A DNA stretch of 64,000 nucleotides from Fimbriosthenelais zetlandica (GCA_977030845.1 OZ365110.1:40610001-40674000); one strand, 5' to 3'. Shown: positions 24,701 to 38,663, numbered from the stretch's first letter. Notes: generated by a model not told the origin, from the sequence alone. Program-made: numbers and translations.

Positions 24701-27680
24701 GGGATGCATGTATCTGTACATTCTTGGGTATTACAGTCTTGTGTATGAGACACATCTGCCCTGTAGGTTTATTATAAGTGTTGTGGTAGAAGAAATCAAT
24801 ACGTCCTGTTAAAGTATACAAGACGCATTCTAAATTTATGATCCTTGTCTGTTGTTTCTTCATAGAATCCCTATATGATGTTTTATTGTTACCGGATGAT
24901 AAATTTAATTAAGCCTCTTTTTGTGCTAAGCCATGCATTCCTAACGATCTTATGAATAGCTTCTTTTACCCACTTTTTCCACCATCTTAGGCCTACCTCA
25001 AGATACCATTTATTTGGTGCATTGTATGCATTCAACGTCCTTTAGTCGCTTACTCCAGTAGAGTCTATTTTTAATATTTCGATCTCTGTCATCATCTATA
25101 AAAGCTGGTTTTCATGGTGAACAGATTGTTTCGTATTAAATATTTAACTTTCAGTTAAATATGACCTTGCGAAAAGAATGAAAAGTTAAGTACCATTTTG
25201 AATTGCGGTTTTTAATTACGATTTAACAAATATATTGGAATGAAGCAATAGACATGCAGCTTGTCCAAGTCCATTGTGACTACTTTTACTGAGGCATTTG
25301 TAGTGGCTTCTGCGAATTACTGTTACCATGAAGATCTCCGTGCAGGCATCCGAGGACACGAAGCTTCACGAAGTGACAAATTGGATTTAGTCTACATCCT
25401 CTTAATTCTAATGGATTTTTTTGGTAGCAGTTCAAATATAGGAGACGCTTTGTCCACATCGTTTTCAAAGGAGAACAATGTAACATCTTTCCCTGCATGT
25501 ATTTTAACTTGGATGAAACGGAAGTAATCTTATAGCAAGTTCATCCCAGGGGTGAAACCAGGATTTGGGAAAGTGGGATGGCCTGGGAAAAAAGTCCAGC
25601 CGTGTGGCTTAAAATTTATTGTTTGAACGACAAAATATCATATCTGAATAGGGTCCTGGCCACCCTGAACAACCCCCCCTCCCCAACCTCCCACACACCT
25701 GGCGCCGCCTCTGCTTTCTGATCTTATAGTCAGCCCCTTTGATGGTTTTCTTCTCAGACGTTGACACCTTGTAGACATAAGGGTTCACCCTCTTCCTATA
25801 TCCCAGCTTTCTGGCGTCCTGTCCATCTACTGGCATATGTAAGGCTGCTTTACTTAATTGAACTCCTTCCCATGGTTCAACACTGGATGTATTGGATTCT
25901 TAGTGAGCTGCTGGTTTGCATCTTGTTATAAAACCACACTGCGCGCGTTTACACTTCAAATCCTTGCTTATGTGATGAAATACACACATGCAGTACACGC
26001 CTATTATATGAGTCATTTTTCCTAGACGGTATATATTAAATGTAATATGTCATATTTTCACCACACGCTGATTCTTTTTATATAGTATTCCATTATATGA
26101 TATAAGCTTTGTCCGTATGACTTGCCCTGATTATGCGATTCTACGGTAGTGTCGAATTTCATCGATTTCCCATTCGTAATGAAATACCAACCGTCCCACT
26201 AATATTCCAAAAATTGCAGTCATCTCTTCATTTCCTCCCGTGGAAGGGACAATTATGAGGATACCTTATACAAATTGGTTAATGACCTGCTGGTCGGTAT
26301 ATCTTTGTGGCCTATTACAAGCACAGCATGTGACACAACCCCTTTAACATGTCTGCATGTAATGTTCATGGCTATACTCTCTTGAAAATCCTCTAGAAGA
26401 GTAGACTATTTATGTGTTCCTACAGGGTATTTCCTTTAGTCCTGAAACATTACTGAACGGATGTTAAATATTATAATTCAATATTATATACCGAATTTAA
26501 TGGATAATGAATTAACTAGGATGTTGCCTTCACGCTCAAAGTTAGACGTAGCTGGGCCAATTTAATAATACACAAATAAGGGATGGAGACACCGGTCAAT
26601 TTTCCATTGTTTCATGTTACTTAGTGTGTAGGAAAAGTCCCAGGTGTTCTTGCTTTAGTTACTTGGATTTCAGACCTTGGGGACCTTGGATTGCTTACCC
26701 TGTGAGTGCGATGATGATGGTGTGGGAGACACCTCATCTTGGTCCTGGAGTCTCTGCTGGGGCCCATCACCTTCACCTCCCCACCCCTCACTGTTTACAG
26801 GTGGCTTCACTTACTGTCGTACTAGGTGATTGACTGATCTCCCAGCTACTCCCAAGCTTCAGCCTGAGCTGCTCACCTCACTGGAACTGCTTACAAAGAC
26901 TGACACACCTCTGATAAATGACGGGAGCCAGAGAGAGGAGAGACAATCACCTTTAATAGCTTACCGCCTTGCCGGGGCCTCCCTTCCCGCGGCCACACAT
27001 CATTAAAGCTCCCAAGAGCGGACGATAAAATGACATTATCTCACTTACTGGCTGTCTTTGATATGCACCCGCGCTACGAGGTGGCGCCAGCATTGCAGCT
27101 TGGCTTGGGCAAGAAGTTGTTGATGACTGAAGGCAAAATAACCATCGAAATCCAGAATTAATATGCTGTACTCTTCAATTGCCACTTGTTCTGAAAATAT
27201 ATTTGTATTTTCGATCCTTAATCTTGGCTTTCAAAGTGCATACATAATAATTATTAGAGCTGCTTCCCATCCAGTACAGAAACATATAAATATCTATCTA
27301 TACTCTTAAAAGGTATCTCATAGGCCTATTATTAAATTTATTTGTTTTGGGGACTCCCCTTGCCTTACGTTACCTTTCTCGTATATTGTTAAACGTCCAG
27401 TCAGCAATACGGAATTATAAATGGACGCATTTTATTTCATAAATACAAGCATCAATCAATATATTATTTCCCAAAAAACTTCCGATGAGAACAGAGTCAA
27501 AGTACCAGAACTTTTTTTTATTTGGTTGATGGATTTTAATTCCATTATGGATTTAGGCGAATTATTTTAGAAGGTCCGTCCTGGCTTGAATGACAGGGGA
27601 GGACCCAGCACTTGTGTTCCCCCTCCAGGAGCGTGATCTCTTAAAGGCCTCTGTTCATTCATTCTCTTATTTAATATGCA

Positions 27681-27772
27681 ATTTCCTTTATTGCTTCACT
27701 GCTGATGTATTTCATCAGGTAGAAAGCGGACACCTCCACAGGTGCTCCTAATCCCTTTTCATTAAAGTGAGT
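27681..27772 (+). other. Recursive-splice-site-like motif (CAG|GTAGAA at 27718/27719) with downstream donor
   Basis: Pyrimidine-rich atttcctttattgcttcactgctgatgtatttcatCAG|GTAGAA. GTGAGT at 27767 closes a 48-nt segment with stops in all three frames. The regenerated donor is weaker than at the other two sites. Confidence 0.35.
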
Positions 27773-30733
27773 GAACTTAGTTCGCGCGGACATGGCAGGT
27801 CAGTAGGTGGCTGGGAATATTTTAACTTCCCACCAGCCTCTATTTCATAATTTACATATACGTTGGAGTCCTGTATACCATAGTTGCCTATCAATAAGCA
27901 TATGACAGGGCCCGCAGGGGTTGTTCATAATGTTGGATTGCTCCTCTGCAGCAAGTGTAACAACACTAGCAGGGTCTGTTATTCGTGAAGGATGCGTATA
28001 TTGAGCTATAATCGCGAATGGTGTTGCAAATATGGCAGTTGGGGCCATGGAAAACTCAGCAACAAGGGCTAACTGAAACCAAATCGCAACGCAAAAGAAC
28101 CGCCGGTACCCCGTTATTGTCATGATAAGTCTAGCTGTTGCTGCAACATGAAGCATCTAATCCATGTTTTCCATGTTTGTCTGTGTGCCTCAAATAACTA
28201 AAATGGACACTGAGGTCATATTTAACTCTACTTGTCTTGATTTTACCTTTATATCCTTGCTAGAAATGGCAAGTGTAATGGTTGTCGAGTTAAATCATGG
28301 CTTGGGGAACAAGTCTATCCTCACATGTTAGATCATGGCATCATTCACTTGCCTTAGAGCCCTACATGACGAACTTTAGGCGAAAGTATTCCAACTAATA
28401 GAAAGATTGGCAGGATGGCACTTCACCAAACTGTGCCATTCTAGCTGGTGGCTCATTCTCCAGTGTACAATGGCTCATTTCTATAGAGAGCAATTCTATC
28501 TCTTTTATTTCTTGTCATTTAACATAATAGTATATATATGCTTTTCCCTTTAAAAGTTTGAGAAAGTTTGAGAAAGTTTTAGTCTAGGAGATCTGCCTTT
28601 CTATAATCTAATGCCTGGAACAGACTGCAAACACCTCTGATTGCCTGGTTGCTTGCATTTTTCTTCTTATGCAACTTCAAAGAAAACGCCAGCAATCAAA
28701 CGCATCAAGTAGATTGTCTAATGGATTCACAGAGGCTATATATGCTTTCACGTGATATAGGCTCTCATGGCTAGCGGTGTACCAAGAGAAATTGGCGGGT
28801 GCATTTATATAGTAAGTTCCATGAGCCATGAGCTCGACCATAAAGACGCTCTGATCTGTTCAAGTCATAACCCTCAGCCAATGTCCAGACAGTCAATTTA
28901 TTGAAAGGACATTCCAGTCTGTGGCTAATGATGAGACTTTAGAGAGTATTTTAGAACATTAGGCCCATGCCCTTCTCTGAGAATCTTCCAGAAAGATAGG
29001 TCTCTATGACCATATAAGTGGCCAGAGAGAAGTAAAATGTCATGCTCAAATGTCGGCAGCTGAAGCATTGCAGCTCTGAAGTCTGGTCGTATCGGTTCAG
29101 GAAAAGACCGTTTTCTATCTATTATTAAAAGTCTAGGGGACAATATTTCAGCCATTAGTTGTGGCGTGGTTCAAAGACTAGGAAAATTTAACGGTGGAGG
29201 AGCGAGTGGGGCGATACCACTGTCATATGAAGCACCCACTTACAAATTATAGGCGGGGCTCATCAAATATGAAAAGCTCTTTACAATGGACATCTCTATT
29301 CCGTGTATTACAATTTGCGAGTGCCAGTTTAGGTGCTATATGGATGCCATAACTTTTTTATTCGGCCTTTTTCGAGGCATTTTCTGCCAATTCCAGGACA
29401 AAAATACTGAAATGTAAACCATTAATATAGTAACTTTTATGTATGGTATATACTATGGTATATATCTCATATTTTGAAGAAAACAACTGCCTGAACATTT
29501 TACTCATTATAGTTCTTAGATAGATCTAGGCTTACATCTGTTTGGAGCAGACCAGACTATTGGAAGATTGGCAGATAATATTAAAAGTATCATCGGATGA
29601 TCGGCACGATTTTTAGTAAATATCTCTCTGTCGGCCGGGTGGCGCTGTCCTAGTAAGTGAAAGGTGTCATCAATGTGTATACAACTGGGATCCATTCGGT
29701 CACCCCCGTTTCTCTATAAACGTGTATGCCTTATTGTTACTAGTACAATGGGGCAGATGATGTCTTAACTAGGCATTGTGACCACTGCCGTTCTATAGTT
29801 ATCTAATGCACTATACCTTATGTTGCTGCAACAATAGCCTTTTCATTGACTTTCCAGCGTATGTGTCGCTGAACAGATTCTATTCTGGTGTCATTTAGAT
29901 CTTATTTAATTGCCCACTCATTCATTCTTCATCGTGCGTCAGAATATACATCACTGCTAGAAGGAATTACCTTACCCTGAGCTACTATTAACTGGTGCGA
30001 TCACAGCACAGATGAGCCAATTTCCAATGTCAGAAGTAAGTTTGCCAGTTAAATTTGGCTCGCCTGACAAAAAGAGCTGACCACCACCTATTTTGGAGGC
30101 AAGGATTTCGTAATGCCAGTTAACTAGGTTAGGCGTTATAATCGCTTGACCATAACAGTGTAGGTGTATCAGTTGATTGGGGTAGTTCCACTAGACTTTA
30201 TTTGTTGCCATATTGCGATTTCTCTGCAATATAGCCGCAAATCTCTCCCGCAGTCGCAACTGCTTGGGTCCAAATTGTGCTCTATTTTTGAGTGGCGCGG
30301 CACTTGTGGCAGGAAGATGCGTTTCAATATAAAATTAAATATCTACCAAATACCTGTGTTTTCTGAGGGACACTTATGGTATACTTACACCACTTTGCAC
30401 CACTTCCATAAAATATTTTTTAGTGATAAATCAGTTTTAGTGTAGGATTTCCTGCTGAAAGATGTTCACATTTTAACTACATGTATTTCTATGCGGTGAG
30501 TCACATCACATTAAACCATTTAGTTTATTAAAACTGGTTGTCATAATATGATAGTTATCTGCTCAGCGAATCGTGCAGTATTATAATAGGTTATACGAGC
30601 GCTTCAAGTCATACTGAATATACCGCTTCTTGGAATATGTCGTAGCTGCAATAGTCCGGCCGTGTTTCAAGAGCTTAGGTTTCCTATACAAGTTATCAAT
30701 AATCTACTGTAACCTCGAACAACGGCTATGTTC

Positions 30734-30752
30734 TGACACCTGTCAGGTGTCA
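30734..30752. promoter_or_regulatory. Perfect 9-bp-arm palindrome with paired E-box/T-box-type half sites
   Basis: TGACACCTG-T-CAGGTGTCA contains inverted AGGTGTCA half-sites, each overlapping CAGGTG. Confidence 0.35.
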
Positions 30753-33700
30753 TGGCTTCAAATATATGGCACCCATACAACCGACTGTGTGGGTGTGCTT
30801 TCAATATGCATTAAACCGATACTTGGGCTTCCCGAGCTGAAAACCATAGAAATAATTGTATTTCTACTTAGTATATTGAAGGAAGCCCGAAAAACATTGT
30901 CGAACTTCGTACTTGGCCTGTTTGATATTATGATAAATATGATAAATACTTTATCAAATCTATTTATTATGAATGTTACAAAAATCTAGCTATTCTCAAT
31001 TGATTTGAATTTTTATTAAAGTTTATCTCTTGAGGGAAACCCCCTTGATATAAACTGTGGCATTACTTAATCTATATTTATCAGTATATGAATATTCTAC
31101 CGGTGGCCAACGTCTCAAGTTGGCCACGGGGAATAATCACTCAAAGTCCTATTCAGAGGAGGTTTAAGGAAATGAATATTTAAATCAATCAGATACGTGA
31201 GATATTTTCTGGCGGGACAGTGCCTGTCACAATAGTGGATGAGCTAAAAACAGTTTCGTGTGTTTTGTCACAATAGAAATAATGTTAGTTTGCATGCATC
31301 ATTTAGTTATGCTGCAACCGCATTAAGTTAAAGTTTTCACAACTTTGATGAAGGTATATCCAATTGGGATGATCCAAATATATTTTAATCGGGTATATCC
31401 ATACATTGAAATCAATGCTAAATAAGATGTCAAGCTCATTCAGTTTTAGTTTGTTAGTGAGTCCTGGAAGGGTTGGGGGATGGGATATAGTTTGTATTAC
31501 GAATACAAGTATTAATATCAGTTCAACGAAGGAAACGCAGTGTTGGAAGAGAAAGGAGATCCATCGTGATAATTAACATTGAGCGTAAAGCCAGCTTCCA
31601 GTGCTTGTGGCCCATCAGCAAGCTTAATGTAAATACCAGCAGTGACATATTAATTTGTGTAAAAGCCCACCTAAGCCCCAGGTATCCAGCCTGCCATTAG
31701 GCCCTCCTAGTTCCAACTGCTTCCACTAAGTGACGCTTGTCGACACAAGTTGTTTGTCGTCGAACCAAATGAAAAAAAGCCGAAGAGGGAAACAAAGGAG
31801 GAGAGGGGGAAATGAGTTTGATAGCTGGGGAGGGTTGACAGCAATGCCGGGATAGTCTCTGCCCTCCTTCACCCTGTGACTTTTCCAAAACATTGCGAAA
31901 TAGAGTGTTTACATTCATAGCACATTCATCTTTTTACATCCAGTTAAACTGTCAGGAAAGTTTTACCAAGCATACAGGGAGTTGTACTGACATTGTTGTT
32001 CAGTGATCTGATAAACTAATTAAAAAATAGGATTATTATATTACAAATGCATCTTATGAAAATCAAATGCATGATATTACAACTAGCGAATCGAGCAACA
32101 CTGATCCTGACCGAAGACATTTAAGTTGTTTTCTATGATGTAAACCCATGCCATCCTCGCCAACAAAGGATTTCACACAAAAAAATGAAACCAATCAAAT
32201 GTTTTTTTGTTAGAAATCATGGACCTTTTTTGCCGCTTAATACAAGTTAAATGTTTATTCACACGGGACTGTTATGAGGTAATTAGGCTTGACGATAAAA
32301 ATAATTAATTCTGCTTGATTCAATCCGGATGATGCCATCACTTTATTTTCAATGGAACATCTTAGGATACTTCAATGTGCCCTCAGGCGAGAGCTGTTAT
32401 TTCTTTGTATGAATTAAGAATTAATCAAGGACTCTTTGCTGAGGTGGAAAAACGGAAACAACAATTCTGGCCTATTGGCGTTGATCACACTGTCCTGACA
32501 CATTCTCCTCAAAGAAAAATATGTTTTAACAGTCGCGTGGATTCTTTTTATCGAATCATAAATTGCGGAGATTCAATCTATACTTCTGTTAGTTCATAAC
32601 ATTGTCAATGTGCCCCATATTTGAATACTAACCCAAATTATTTCTCATCAGAAAGTGCTGACTTGCTGACTGTGTTTTGCAGCTAACTAGGTTATCAGGG
32701 AAGGGTCATATCTCTCGTGTTCCCAATGGTGAGGTGCATGCAAAAGAACCATTGGTGCCATATAGAGATGAACTAGCAGTTTTACCAACTTTGCCTTTCT
32801 TCCTTCTCATCATATGGCCATGCATTCTGCTCCGATTTAAACCTGAGAACTAGGCAGGATCTTTGTTTAAATCATGAACACAAAAACATAGATATTTGTT
32901 CAGTACTGCCGCATGGAATAGATAGATAATTTGATGTTGTGTTATGTTTCTGTTTATGTAGAGGAGAGCTGAGGTATAGTTTAAATAGTAGAAACCATAC
33001 TTGCACAGAAATACCCAGTGAACTAAATGGCATTGAGATATTTATTTCCTGTCAGTCCACTGCCTTGCTCTCTTGTGTCCATTAAAATGCAGGAATGATC
33101 GAAAGCCATTAAAGGAAAGAAATGAAGGGAATGACAGGTATGGTTTTCCGTTCTTTTCGCTAGATTTTTTTTCCAGATTGCCTTGTCGCTTGGTGTTCAC
33201 TTTTGCTGTGCACGCCCATGCTCAACCTCCCACATTCACTTCCCAACGCTAGCTTTGATAATTTGCTTTGGCATGTTTAGCTTCCTCATTTATTATTGGT
33301 GCGAAAATATTGAAGTTAGACATTTAAAAATCAGCAATCTCGCAGTGCGGCACTCGTCAATGTGCAGGTTTCAGAATGATTTTGGGTTGAAGAAATATAT
33401 TGACTTGCATAATATTTGGTGATTCGCCATCGCCAAATCGCCCAATTTTTCTATTTTGTTTGCGATGTGTTTCGCCAACATCAAATAGGATTAGGTCTAA
33501 TTTTGTAGAGCAGAAATTTGCGAGTGATGGGTTGGCGAGGCAACATCGAATTTGTTCCTGCAAGCCAACTGGGTTTCACAACCCGCCCAATGACGCATGC
33601 ATTGTTTTTGGCGAACAGGCCCATTGTTTCATATGTCTCCATCGGACGTGGACATGCATTGTTTGTTTAATACGTACGATAAAGCTATATGAGAAGATAG

Positions 33701-34144
33701 TATAGAATATCTCTAGGTCTCCCATTGTCCATGTCGCTGCATGCTGTTGACCAGGGCTTTCCCTTCGTATTCCTGCACACTCTGGATGTCCTCTGTTGTT
33801 TGTATAGTATTTGGTTAACTCTGAAACACTCCTCTTACTATAGGTCTACCCATCCCAACAGATACAGTGTCTATGGACTAAAAAATGTTGAGAATACACT
33901 GAATTTGACCCTTAATCTCAAGTGATTTGATTATGTACCTAACGTCTTTTCCAATGGCATATTGTTAGAAGAATCGTCTTTGTGCTTAAGAAAAGTTCTG
34001 GGAATACTTTCAGGAAAATGTCATATGAATGGTACGACATTTGGAAAGTTCTTATCTTCTATTGTCTGTCAATTGAATACTGTCTTTCAAATTGAAAATG
34101 TAAAATTACCATCTCATTGAATCTTAATTACTGTAGACTGGGAG

Positions 34145-34378
34145 TCAAATTCCTGTCCTTTGCCATTGGCGATGAGAAGAACTTGGTTTGTCTTGACTTG
34201 ATGAGAGGAGCGTCTAGCCAGCTCTTTCACTATCTTCTTCTGCTCTCTCTATAGCTTTCAGTCATCTATTGATGCCACGAGGCATTGGAGCAATGCAATG
34301 AGCAATAAACGCCTCTAGTCTCAAATTCCTTTAATGAATCTTTCCCTTCAAATTTCACCATGAGGCGAAGACGACTTT
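34145..34378 (-). mobile_element. Decayed non-LTR retrotransposon (CR1/L2-type) ORF1 C-terminal fragment
   Basis: The minus translation RLMVKFEGKDSLKEF...*MTESYRE, then after a frameshift QKKIVKELARRSSHQVKTNQVLLIANGK, resembles the ORF1 tail pattern RPLxVxF...DxTxxERExxKxLxxELxxRxxxGExxLxIxxGKI. Matched from memory. Confidence 0.35.
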
Positions 34379-36625
34379 ATTAAAGACTTCCCACTTTGGC
34401 ATGGCCAAAGCAACTCTTGGTTTTCTCATTTTATTGCCCTTTGGGTTGGAATAGCATTATTCCCTTATATTACCTTTGAGGTTTACTTTTCTATATAATA
34501 TGTGTACACTCCCTTAAGCTCATTTCACGTGGAACATACTTACATATCTACATATAACCTTTAGGATATATTTGTTGCATAAGGACGTCTCTGTTTCTTT
34601 TCTCTCAATATTACAGTTCATTATGGAACAGTTTCCGTGTTCGCAGCGCCTTCTGGCGGGTTATTTTCACTTCTAGTGGGTGGTTAAAATGATTCTGCTC
34701 GTTATTCCTCCTTCTCATATTTAACTGCTCTCGGCTTTATGACACAGCCTCTTCTCTTCTGCTCCATAATTGCGATTTTTGGCCAGCTCCTTCAGGCAGA
34801 TAGGCATTAAAAGCCTTTGGGTCAACATTTCCTAACACTTCGCTCTATGCGGTTTTTTTTTCTTCGCTGCCAGTAGCAGGCGGTGCTGCCACTCTCAATG
34901 ATTAGCAAAATAAGGCATGCCATTGATGCTTAACACAATATTTGAGCATGGAATAGTTCTTCTGCGTCAGGGAAGAACAACTGGCATGGCTTATACTCAA
35001 AGTTTCAACCTTTGAATCTTATTGAGGATTTGAACAGTGTACTTTTGATATATTGAAAAGTATCTTGAAAACAAATGAAAATACTTACTTTTAAGAACAC
35101 AAATTAACATACCTTCTTTAAAGACACAAATAGCCTTCGAAAGGCTTCCACAAAAAGCTGTTGGCTCTTTTCATGTTCTTCTCTAAAGGCAGCAATGCTT
35201 CTTTTATAGGTCTATAATTATGATAAAAGTGGTCGACCTTTGAAAATGCAGTTAGCAGCAATGAGTATACCTGCCCCCTCATCCTCCCCCACGAAAATAT
35301 GCCTGCAACCTAAGTCCATCCAATTAGAAAGTTTCCAAACTTGAGAACATTTTGACTCCGAACTTTGCAGGCACTATGTCACATTCTGTGAAACATGTAA
35401 TCAAGCAGTTTCTTATTATGATCCGCTGTATTCAGATTACACGGAAGTTATTTAAATATTCTCACCATCTGACTAAGCACGGGTGTTTTTTCATTGAGAT
35501 TTATTGCAGACCTCTCATTTAGAACCACTATGGTGATCCTGAGACTGACAAGTGAGAAGTTGTATCACTGTCAAAGGACTAATATTGAGTCTCATAAAGA
35601 GCGATCCGGTGTGTGCTTTTCCCTTTAGTGTTTTTTGCCACAGCAGGTGACGGAGCAAGTATTACTCTATTACCCTCTCTGCCATTCACGCCAAACCTAC
35701 CCAACCATAGGCTTTCATTCCACATTCTTTACCACGTATCTAATATCACCCATTGCATTCAACCAACATCCAAGCCACCACGTTTCATTTCAATCGAAGC
35801 GTGAGAAAAAGTGAAATTGGTTTACCAAAAATGGCGGCCAACCATGCTGAGGAAGGATAGTTTATTGCTTTCATAATTGCATGTTTTGTCGCGGATTATT
35901 TGGGTGGAGTTCAATGAAGATGTTATCTCCTGGTCGTGTGGATGGAATCAATGGATTCTGTCAGCTTGATGAATGTCGACAAAAGCTTATCTGTGTCATT
36001 TTCTCTCTCACCATTGGTCCCATATGCAATACAATACAGCAGTATATTATTAATTCATTAATTCAATTAACCTGGATTTGGCGATGCTTAATAAAAGAAA
36101 GAAGCTATCAGATTTTAAAAAATTTATCCCGTTGAATCGTGACGCAAGTTAGTTTAATGGGATTGTCTTTTACCAGGATAAATAAAAGACTTGTTTGTTC
36201 TTATGTCTCCAATATAATAAATATACCACATAATATACCGAATGTCAAAAAACAATATCTATCAAATTACTCTGCTGTGGCCATTAAAACAGCACCTGAG
36301 TCAATCTTGTAAAGTGAATTGGATTTCCATTAAGGCAGTACATGGTCTACACGTGTAGTTTACATTATACATGTTAGTATTAACGATGGAAATATAAAAC
36401 AGATTGTAATAATTAATACTATCTGTGTTGGTGTACATTGCATGCAGTTGTACTTGTACCATTATATGAAGCTGGAAGGAACACACAATGTATCCCGGCT
36501 TAATATGTGTATTCTAATGCATGCAAAGTATTCCCTGAGGCATGTTGGCCATGCTGCCTGTGATGCCAATTATACGGATTGTATGGTGTTCATCAATTCA
36601 GCCGGAAACACACAGTGGTGGTTGT

Positions 36626-36711
36626 GAGGGAGGGAAGGGGCTGAGTATGTTGGAGGGAGGGGTGCGTATAGGTGGGAGGGGGTGGTGGGTAGGTGTGTGT
36701 GGGAGGGAAGG
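36626..36711 (+). repeat. G-rich low-complexity tract with G-quadruplex potential
   Basis: Many GGG/GGGG runs with short spacers (GAGGGAGGGAAGGGG...GGGAGGGGGTGGTGGG...GGGAGGG). Confidence 0.7.
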
Positions 36712-38594
36712 CATCTCCTGATGGTCCTCCCCGCTGATTTTAGAGATAATGCCATCCCTTGAGGGCCCCCACATAAACTACAGCTTTTGTCAAACCGTCG
36801 CAAATGAATCCATTTCTGGATACCAAGTTTTTTTTCTCCTTCGACTTTTTTTTTCTTACAATAAATTCCAATACGGATTATCCACTATTCGATATAATGC
36901 TCTTCTTCTTATATCTGCTTCAGGGACGGTAGAAGATAGCTATCTTAGTGAAATAGCAATATCAATATTCTTGATTCGAGAGTCGTTATAGATACTTGTC
37001 TTTTAAATGATATGCTTCAGGGGAGTTCCTTCCACTGCCTTCCACCAGCAAGATATACTATACCATGCAGTATAAAAGCTGTGGTAGCTTTTTTCTTTGT
37101 ACATGTATGCTTATTTTGTTATGTTTAAGCCTGGTTTAAGCAGCGCCTGTGTACAATAATATTAAGATCTCCTACCAACAAGAGAGGGGGTTGTAGTTTA
37201 GGGATGATTCTGTGAGAGCTGGTCTTGTAGGTAAAGATTACTTGGCCTGACTTCAGGCTTGTACTCCCCCACCCCCCTTTCCCTCAAGAGACCAGCCATC
37301 CCCCTATAACCATCTATACTCTATGCCAGATTTGCCGGCTAGAAATTGCCTTCTCCATGCCCTACTAACACCACCTCCACCTCCTCACCAACACCTTCCC
37401 TAGAACTCCCACCTCCAACTGGTCCTTTCTGAACTGGAGTCTCGTGAGAACCGCTGTGAATTACATCCCCCATCTGAACAAGTGAGAACCAGCTCTTGTT
37501 CGCCTGAAATCTATTCCTAGGTACACGCTCCTCCATTTCTAAACCAAAATGAGCATTGAACCAGTTCAGCATAAAAGTTGTGTACTTTGCAAGATGTATA
37601 AAGGAATCAAAGAATATGCCTCAAGTGCCGTAATTAATATATCTGCAATTTGATACTCTTAATCCCATTTCGCTCACCGGTTCTGTAATTTAATTGCCGT
37701 TTTATCTTGCTTGTGTCCCCATATGTCCCTCACTTCAATTTGATTATTGCCTACATTACACTGCATTACAAGCATTGTTGACATGTGTGGTTTTTACTAG
37801 ACCATTGTTGGCATATATATATATGATTTTTACTAGACCAATACTGTGTAATCTTATTAGCTTCTGACATTTTATTCAATATCATCCATGACCATGCAGT
37901 CATTAGGCAATGAAAATCTATACAAAAATATCCATATTCATAATTAAGGTAAATAAGGTTTATGCTTTAAACTAAAGGCTGAAGAATTTGTCTTCCGAAT
38001 AATTATGTTTTACTGATTTATGTCGGGTATTTAGAAAAAACATGAAGTATACGTCATGCTGTGGGGAGGATAATGGCGAAGCTGGGGAAGGGGGAATATA
38101 TATTATATGGACAACTAGGACGGGCAGTTGGCGTAAGGGGAGAGAAAGACCTGGCTGTGGTGGGAAGGATGAGAGAAGAACATGTAGAAGGGGAGAAGAA
38201 TGGGAGATGTTGGGCTGGGTCGGGATGACGAAGGCTATCAGTTCAAGCCTTATCTCTCTCTATGAGCCCATGAGATGGTGTCATGTCACCCAAGCTTGAT
38301 ATTATACCAGATTATCCACTCCACACCAAAGGACCTTTACCAGTAAGCTGGATAATCACTGCTTTCCAAGCTTACTTAATCAGTCTGTGATACAATAGAA
38401 TCAATATTGGGCAGTGTTGGACCAGCTGCTTAGTGTTGGGCCAGACATGTTCTCTTCAGCATATTGACCATGTAGGGCCTTGTCATGGGGTAAAATTACT
38501 AAGAGGGGAACCACTGTATCTAATGCCCTTCAGGCTAAGCTTGCATCTACCTGATTGTATGTAACAATAAACCATGTATGATGAATTAATAATC

Positions 38595-38663
38595 ATGTTT
38601 ATTACCATTTTATAATTGCAGGTGAGTCGTGATATCATTATGAACCCTAATTGATCAGTAAGT
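38595..38663 (+). other. Recursive-splice-site-like motif (CAG|GTGAGT at 38621/38622) with downstream donor
   Basis: tgtttattaccattttataattgCAG|GTGAGT. GTAAGT at 38658 closes a 36-nt segment with stops in all three frames. Confidence 0.5.

Noticed and set aside
36400-36445. MYTNTDSIN resembling the start of a CR1/L2 endonuclease
   Set aside because: A single short motif with no downstream endonuclease motifs.
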